A stretch of 37,035 nucleotides of DNA from positions 1 to 37,035 of the forward strand of contig CAZEAD010000001.1 of the NCBI GenBank assembly GCA_964510115.1. The letters are read 5' to 3'. The translations under genes were made by a program, and so were the position numbers. This document shows, one piece after another, positions 31,583-37,035 of this stretch (its first letter is position 1; each line of letters begins with the position of its first letter). The notes under the pieces were generated by a model that had not been told where the DNA came from, did no database searches, and worked only from the letters and a program-made list of their open reading frames with translations. The stretch comes from an uncultured Mycoplasma sp. (GTDB lineage Bacteria; Bacillota_I; Bacilli_A; RF39; UBA660).

Positions 31583-33790
31583 TTGAAAAAAATTACTAAT
31601 ATATTATTAATCATTGCAATTATATGCAATTATTTTATTTTACCAATCACAGTTAACGCTGCAACAATAACAGCAACAATCATCGATCCTGATGGAGTAA
31701 ACGTAAGAAATGGTCCTGGTACTAACAATACAAAAATAGGTGTTCTAGCTTTTAAAAAACAAATTACCTTAGTATCCACTACCAAGCATAAAGGAACAGG
31801 TTGTTCAAAAGGTTGGTATCAAATAAACTATAATGGTTCAACCAAAGCTTATGTATGTAGTGAACTAGTAACAATCAACAATGAAAACACTACAACTAAT
31901 AACAAAACATATTACACTACTAGCGAATGGGGAACAAGAATAAATGAAGATTATGCCAACGTTAGAAAATCAACCAGCATGTCTGCAACAGCCCTAGACA
32001 AATTATTTCTAGGAACAAAAGTAAATATCTTAGAAACAATTAACACCTCAACAAGTGGTTGTAGTGAAGGTTGGTATAAAATATCTTATTATAACAATAA
32101 AACAGGTTATGTATGTAAAAGATTAATAGACAAATACGAAGATGTCACAGCAAGTGATAAAGACTATGAAAAACAACTTAAAACACTAGGTTTCCCAGAT
32201 AGTTATATCCCCTTCTTAGTTTACCTACATAAAAAACATCCTAATTGGAACTTTAAACCAGATTTAACTAAAAAAGACTTTGCAACTGCAGTAAACAAAG
32301 AAACTGGAAAAAACTATATTCAAACTAATATAGATATTTATAGAACATCAAACACAGCAGTAGAATCAGGAACCTGGTACATTGCTTCAAGCCCAGTTGT
32401 AGCAATATTCCTTGATCCTAGAAACTATTTAAATGAAAAAAATATTTGGGTTTATGAAGATTTAACTTATGATGAAAAAGCAACAACCTATCATGATACT
32501 GTAAAAAGTATATTTGCCAATACTTATCTTGATACTGAAGAATATATCGGATACTTTTTAGAAGGCGGTAAAGAATCCATGGTATCACCAGTTCATTTAG
32601 CAGCACGCGTAAAACAAGAAGGAGGAACAAACGAAAAATATGATGGCGTAAGTGGAAAATCAACTTTAAAATACGATGGAAAAGCCCTTACAAATGCCTA
32701 TAACTATTACAATATTGGAGCTTATGAAGATTCCAAAACAAAAAGTGCTGTAGCAAGAGGACTAGCAGTAGCTAAAGGATATGTAGATAATTACTATGGA
32801 ACTCCATGGGACACTAGAGAAAAAGCAATCAAATATGGAGCCAAATTCATTGGAGACAAATATGTTTCAAAAAAGCAAAACACTCTATACTATCAAAAAT
32901 TCAATACTGCTAATAATTCATACTATGCCCCATATACCAATCAATATATGACAAACGTTATGGCCCCAGCTAGTGAATCATTATCAATTAACAGTACTAA
33001 AAAAAATAATAATATTGCTGATTTAACATATACATTTGCTATTCCAGTTTATGACAATACCCCACAAAGTTATTTAACCTACCCTCCACTTGGAGACACA
33101 ATAAACGATTTAACAAGCATTAAAGTAAATAACACAACAGTAAATGGTTTTGATAGTGACGTCTTAGAATATACACACTACATTAGTTATGATACAACTG
33201 AAGTATCTCTAACAGCAGATAAAAAATCAGCTAAAAGTACTGTAAAAGGTACAGGCACAATAAAAACACCAAATGCAAATACAAAAGTTCAAATTATAGT
33301 AACAAGCGAAGTTTTAGAAACAAAAACCTATACAATTACTTTAATAAAAGAAGATAAACCAGCCGAAGATACTTTAACAGCTGAAGAAATAATTAATAAA
33401 TTAGATGTAAAATTAAGTAATAATTATTTAACAGGTATTTCCTCAGGAACTTTACCTGCAACACTTGCTAACGATATCAATAAAATATCACCTTCAGCAA
33501 AAGTTACAATAACTGATAAAAATAAAGTTAAAAAAACAAGCAAATTAGCAACCGGAGACATCATAACCATAAATAATACAAGTTATACAATCTCAATCAA
33601 AGGAGATCTAAATGGTGATGGTACAATAAACTCTGCAGATTTCTCAAGAATTCAAAAACATATTTTAAAATATAGCACCCTAAAAAATGAATACAAAGCC
33701 GCCGCTGATGTCAACTACGATGGAAATATCAATTCCGCAGATTTCTCAAGAATTCAAAAACATATTTTAAAATATATAAAATTAAAATAA
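31583..33790 (+). CDS. Secreted peptidoglycan hydrolase: 2 x SH3b, GH73-type N-acetylglucosaminidase, cadherin-like module, X-like module, dockerin
   Basis: SH3b modules: GVNVRNGPGTNNTKIGVL..CSKGWYQINYNGSTKAYVCSELV and YANVRKSTSMSA..CSEGWYKISYYNNKTGYVCKRLI. GH73-like core: VSPVHLAARVKQEGG...YNYYNIGAYED...TPWDTREKAIKYGAKFIGDKYV..QNTLYYQKFN. The ORF-track ATG 31568 contains the SD (ATGGAGGT). TTG 31583, 8 nt after GGAGG, gives a canonical signal peptide (M)KKITNILLIIAI..PITVNA. Confidence 0.85.
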   Translation: MKKITNILLIIAIICNYFILPITVNAATITATIIDPDGVNVRNGPGTNNTKIGVLAFKKQITLVSTTKHKGTGCSKGWYQINYNGSTKAYVCSELVTINNENTTTNNKTYYTTSEWGTRINEDYANVRKSTSMSATALDKLFLGTKVNILETINTSTSGCSEGWYKISYYNNKTGYVCKRLIDKYEDVTASDKDYEKQLKTLGFPDSYIPFLVYLHKKHPNWNFKPDLTKKDFATAVNKETGKNYIQTNIDIYRTSNTAVESGTWYIASSPVVAIFLDPRNYLNEKNIWVYEDLTYDEKATTYHDTVKSIFANTYLDTEEYIGYFLEGGKESMVSPVHLAARVKQEGGTNEKYDGVSGKSTLKYDGKALTNAYNYYNIGAYEDSKTKSAVARGLAVAKGYVDNYYGTPWDTREKAIKYGAKFIGDKYVSKKQNTLYYQKFNTANNSYYAPYTNQYMTNVMAPASESLSINSTKKNNNIADLTYTFAIPVYDNTPQSYLTYPPLGDTINDLTSIKVNNTTVNGFDSDVLEYTHYISYDTTEVSLTADKKSAKSTVKGTGTIKTPNANTKVQIIVTSEVLETKTYTITLIKEDKPAEDTLTAEEIINKLDVKLSNNYLTGISSGTLPATLANDINKISPSAKVTITDKNKVKKTSKLATGDIITINNTSYTISIKGDLNGDGTINSADFSRIQKHILKYSTLKNEYKAAADVNYDGNINSADFSRIQKHILKYIKLK
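33602..33787 (+). other. Dockerin of the autolysin
   Basis: DLNGDGTINSADFSRIQKHILK and DVNYDGNINSADFSRIQKHILK. The SADFSRIQKHILKY coding stretch (gcagatttctcaagaattcaaaaacatattttaaaatat) is duplicated verbatim at about 33636 and 33738. Confidence 0.8.
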
Positions 33791-33804
33791 AAAGGAGTAA
33801 AAAA

Positions 33805-35340
33805 ATGAAAAAAAAATATTTATTAAATTTATTATTTCTACTTAGTCTTTTCTTAATTCCAAATATTAATGTTCAAGCTGCAACTGGTAAAATCGACCTA
33901 TATGTCTCAAGCAAAAACGTTACCATTGGAAGCTCAGTAACAGTAAGTGTCTATTGTGAAAGTTCTGTAACAATAGGAACCTGTGAATATACTATTGATT
34001 ATGATTCTAAAAAACTAAAACTTACTTCTGTCTCAGATCAAGCAAGCTGTAATCCAAGTGGTTATTGTATGTATGCAGTAGGAAGTAAAAAAAGCTCAGC
34101 AAAAAAATTCACATTCAAAGTTTTAACAACTGGAACTCACAAAGTAAGTGCCAAATCCGCAACTATGTATGAACTAAATCATAGCGAAGAAGATGTTTTA
34201 ATAAAAACAAGTGTTGATCCAACAACATTCACAAGTACAACAGCATCATCAACAAACTCAAGTGGCAATAATTCTTCTAGTAATTCCAGCCAAACAACCT
34301 ACTCTACTAATAATAATTTAAAAAACCTAACAGTAGACAATGTTCCCCTATCTCCTAAGTTTAATAAAAACACAACAGAATACAAAGCCACTATCGATTC
34401 TAATATAAGCTCTATAAAAATAAACGCTACCAAAGAAGATAATAAAGCAAAGATAAAAGGAACTGGAACGTTCCCAGTAACATACGGTGATAATAAATTT
34501 CCTATTGTAGTTACTTCCGAAAAAGGAACAACAAAAACTTACAATATTACAATAACAGTTGAAGATAAAAATCCAATACCAATAACAATCAATGAAAAAA
34601 ACTATAATATTATAAAATCTGCAAGTATCTTAACCAAACCAAATAATTACACTGAAACAAAAGTAACCATAAATGATCAAGAAATTCCCGCTTTCTATAA
34701 CGAATTGCTAGATTATACAATAATCGGTATAAAAGATGTTTCAGGAAAAATAAATTATGCAATCTACGAACAACCAAATACCTATCGTTTATATAAAGAA
34801 ATACAATTTGATGCTACAACCTTAGAAATAGATGAAACAAAAACCTTATCAGGATATAATAAAATAGATCTAGAAATAAATGATAACAACATTCACGCTT
34901 ATCAAAAAGATGAATCATCACACTATGCTTTCTTCTATGGAACAAACCTTGCAACAGGAAAATCTGGTTGGTATAGTTATGATAAAGAAGAAAATACTAT
35001 TCAAAAAAACTATGAAGATGATTTATCACTACAAGATACAAAAATAGAACAAGCCAAAAAAATAATCATTACATTAGTACTAGCATGTATCTTATTAGTC
35101 ATAATTTTAATAATCGTTTCAATTATGAAAATGAAAAACAATCATCAAAAAACCAAAGAACAACAAAAACATTATGAAGAATTAAAAGAAAAGAAAAAAA
35201 ATAATAATCCTTCTAATAAAAAACCAGAAAAACAAACAAAAGAACCAAAAGAACTTCTTGAAGAAATTACTAAAAAAGAAAATGAAGAACAACAAAAACT
35301 AAAAAAGAAAAAACCAGAAGATATCTTAGATGAATGGTAA
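33805..35340 (+). CDS. Second membrane-anchored scaffoldin-like protein: signal peptide, cohesin-like module, Ser/Asn linker, one cadherin-like module, unknown module, TM helix, Lys/Glu-rich cytoplasmic tail
   Basis: AAGGAG RBS 8 nt upstream. Signal peptide MKKKYLLNLLFLLSLFLIPNINVQA. Cadherin-like module LKNLTVDNVPLSPKFNKNTTEYKATI..VVTSEKGTTKTYNITITVE. TM helix IIITLVLACILLVIILIIVSIM (about 35063-35128). The tail is about 70 aa and KE-rich. Confidence 0.85.
   Translation: MKKKYLLNLLFLLSLFLIPNINVQAATGKIDLYVSSKNVTIGSSVTVSVYCESSVTIGTCEYTIDYDSKKLKLTSVSDQASCNPSGYCMYAVGSKKSSAKKFTFKVLTTGTHKVSAKSATMYELNHSEEDVLIKTSVDPTTFTSTTASSTNSSGNNSSSNSSQTTYSTNNNLKNLTVDNVPLSPKFNKNTTEYKATIDSNISSIKINATKEDNKAKIKGTGTFPVTYGDNKFPIVVTSEKGTTKTYNITITVEDKNPIPITINEKNYNIIKSASILTKPNNYTETKVTINDQEIPAFYNELLDYTIIGIKDVSGKINYAIYEQPNTYRLYKEIQFDATTLEIDETKTLSGYNKIDLEINDNNIHAYQKDESSHYAFFYGTNLATGKSGWYSYDKEENTIQKNYEDDLSLQDTKIEQAKKIIITLVLACILLVIILIIVSIMKMKNNHQKTKEQQKHYEELKEKKKNNNPSNKKPEKQTKEPKELLEEITKKENEEQQKLKKKKPEDILDEW
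33886..34230 (+). other. Cohesin-like module of the 511-aa protein
   Basis: GKIDLYVSSKNVTIGSSVTVSVYCESSVTIGTCEYTIDYDSKKLKLTSVS..KKFTFKVLTTGTHKVSAKS fits the cohesin pattern. Confidence 0.55.
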
Positions 35341-35344
35341 AACC

Positions 35345-35376
35345 AAAAAAGAAAACCTCCAAGGCTTTCTTTTTTT
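35345..35376. terminator. Bidirectional terminator between the 511-aa gene and ileS
   Basis: AGAAAACCT-CCA-AGGCTTTCT (9 bp, one mismatch), flanked by A6 upstream and T7 downstream. Confidence 0.6.
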
Positions 35377-35386
35377 ATACTTATAT

Positions 35387-37035
35387 CTAATACTTACAAA
35401 CATCAATAAATACTTTTAATCCATTAAGTTCAAACTCATTAGAACAATCATCTCTAACTTTAAAATCTAAAGCTAATATTTCATCTTTAATATAATCACC
35501 ATAATCACGAATAATCTGTTCTAATTTATCATTTTTCATATAAAATACTGTAATTCTATCAGCAATATCAAAATCCTTTTCTTTTCTTAAGTTTTGCACC
35601 TTAGATACAAATTCACGAGCAATTCCTTCATCCAAAAGTTCCTCTGTCAAAGTAGTATTAATAATAACAAAATTGCCATTATCAAGTACAGAATCAAATC
35701 CTTCCTTAGAAGTAATACGAATATCTATCAAGCTAGAATCAATATCTACATCCATAAAACGAACTGTCTTACCATCTTGTAAAGATTTAATATCATTATC
35801 AGAAAGACCATTTAAAAAATTAACATAATCCTTCATCTTATTACCAAATACCTTACCAGCTTCTTTAAAATTAGGTTTAACAGTAAAATCCATATATTGA
35901 CTTAAATCATCTGCAAATAAAACTTTTTTTACATTCAATTCTTCTTGTAAAAGCAAAGTCAAATCTCCAAGAATCTCTTTATTCTTACCATCCAAAATAA
36001 CTTCACTAATAGGTTGTCTAACCTTAATCTTTGCCTCTTCCCTAGCATTTCTACCAAGAGAGATTAAATCACGAAGTAAATCCATTTTTTTCTCTAATTT
36101 ACAATTAATCAAAGCATCATCATATTTTGGGAAGGATGCCAAATGAACAGAAACATCACCAGTTAAATTCTGATAAATCTCTTCAGTAATAAAAGGAGCA
36201 ATTGGTGCAGTCAATAAAGAAATTCCTACTAAAACTTGATAAGTAGTCTGATAAACTGCTTTCTTACTAACATCAAGTTCACTACCCCAGAAACGATTTC
36301 TATTTCTTCTGATATACCAATTTGATAAATCTTCACTAACAAATAAAGTAAGCGCACGTACAACTTTATTTAAATCGTACTCTTCATAAGATTCAGTAAC
36401 ATATTTAACTAACTTATTATATTTTGATAATAACCACTTATCAATCTCCTCCAACTCATCATAAGAAACATAAAACTCTCTAGGATCAATTTTATCAACA
36501 TTAGCATACATACTAAAGAAAGAATAAGTATTTCTAAGAGGATTAAAGAATTTTGAATAAACCTCTTTTAATCCCTCTACATCAAACTTAAGTGGTGTCC
36601 AAACCGGAGAAACATATGGTAAATAGAAACGAACAGTATCAGCACCATACTCTTCCATAGTCGTAAATGGTTCAACAATATTACCCTTAGATTTAGACAT
36701 CTTTTTACCCTCTTTATCTAATAATAAATCATTAACCAAAACATTTTTATAAGGAGCACATCCCTTTAAAAAAGTTGAAATAATAAGCAAAGAATAAAAC
36801 CAACCACGTGTTTGATCAATTCCCTCACAAATAAAATCTGCCGGAAACTGTCTCTCCCATAAATCCTGGTTTTCAAATGGATAATGATATTGTGCAAAAG
36901 GCATTGATCCAGAATCAAACCAACAATCAATAACATCTTTAACACGAGTCATTTCCTTACCACACTTACTACATCTTAGATGAATATCATCAACATAAGG
37001 ACGATGCAACTCAACAGTTAAATCTATATCTTCAA
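35387..37035 (-). CDS. ileS: Isoleucyl-tRNA synthetase, C-terminal about 549 codons (partial, continues past the window edge)
   Basis: KMSKSKGN (KMSKS motif), FPADFICEGIDQTRGWFYSL, RCSKCGKEMTRVKDVIDCWFDSGSMPF and HYPFEN are typical of type-2 (eukaryote-like) IleRS. The frame stays open upstream of the ORF-track start (..EDIDLTVELHRPYVDD), so the N-terminus lies off-window. Confidence 0.93.
   Translation of the reverse strand, partial: EDIDLTVELHRPYVDDIHLRCSKCGKEMTRVKDVIDCWFDSGSMPFAQYHYPFENQDLWERQFPADFICEGIDQTRGWFYSLLIISTFLKGCAPYKNVLVNDLLLDKEGKKMSKSKGNIVEPFTTMEEYGADTVRFYLPYVSPVWTPLKFDVEGLKEVYSKFFNPLRNTYSFFSMYANVDKIDPREFYVSYDELEEIDKWLLSKYNKLVKYVTESYEEYDLNKVVRALTLFVSEDLSNWYIRRNRNRFWGSELDVSKKAVYQTTYQVLVGISLLTAPIAPFITEEIYQNLTGDVSVHLASFPKYDDALINCKLEKKMDLLRDLISLGRNAREEAKIKVRQPISEVILDGKNKEILGDLTLLLQEELNVKKVLFADDLSQYMDFTVKPNFKEAGKVFGNKMKDYVNFLNGLSDNDIKSLQDGKTVRFMDVDIDSSLIDIRITSKEGFDSVLDNGNFVIINTTLTEELLDEGIAREFVSKVQNLRKEKDFDIADRITVFYMKNDKLEQIIRDYGDYIKDEILALDFKVRDDCSNEFELNGLKVFIDVCKY

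Noticed and set aside
33808-33816. A9 tract immediately after the ATG of the 511-aa gene, considered as a slipped-strand phase-variation switch
   Set aside because: MKKK.. signal-peptide starts are ubiquitous in this AT-rich genome (several genes here begin this way). There is no evidence of length heterogeneity from a single sequence.
12333-35340. Classical plant-cell-wall cellulosome
   Set aside because: I could recognise no cellulase or hemicellulase catalytic modules or CBM3-like modules. The only enzyme is a GH73-type muramidase-family hydrolase.
1-37035. Alternative genetic code (TGA read as Trp, as in Mollicutes), considered because of the very low GC
   Set aside because: Long ORFs are intact under the standard code. 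The stops I checked are TAA or TAG. Trp is encoded by TGG where checked, for example in the EAWGAGGG motifs. Gene boundaries fit RBS and terminator positions.

Overview
Visibly AT-rich, low-GC Firmicutes/Bacillota-type chromosomal segment using the standard genetic code (GC not computed). All domain calls below rest on by-eye motif recognition, not database searches. (1) 1-9.9 kb is a conserved cell-envelope and division neighbourhood: gpsB, recU-ponA (class A PBP), an LCP-family ligase, a DUF368 (PopT-like) membrane protein with a small membrane partner, a class B PBP with one PASTA domain, then tRNA-Cys(GCA). (2) 9.9-12.3 kb is a small islet of orphan material next to the tRNA: a possible multi-frameshift gene remnant, two unknown small genes, a 97-aa ASKHA/Ppx-GppA-like N-terminal fragment, and a Cys-rich protein with DnaJ-type CxxCxGxG zinc-finger motifs. 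(3) 12.3-35.3 kb is the stand-out region. Five secreted multi-domain proteins (3460, 1849, 795, 740 and 511 aa) are built from about 47 cadherin-like beta-sandwich modules. Between them they carry three C-terminal type-I-like dockerins and three N-terminal cohesin-like modules. Two of the proteins are anchored by a C-terminal TM helix. The 740-aa protein is an SH3b-SH3b-GH73 peptidoglycan hydrolase with a dockerin. The 3460-aa giant carries four glycine-rich modules resembling the ALK/LTK receptor glycine-rich (polyglycine-II) domain. I read this as a cellulosome-style plug-and-socket surface assembly with no plant-polysaccharide enzymes, and it is the best candidate for an undescribed system here. 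The 1849-aa gene contains a near-perfect 816-bp tandem duplication. (4) The right edge holds the 3' part of a type-2-like isoleucyl-tRNA synthetase gene that runs off the window. I saw no transposase, integrase, CRISPR array or rRNA.
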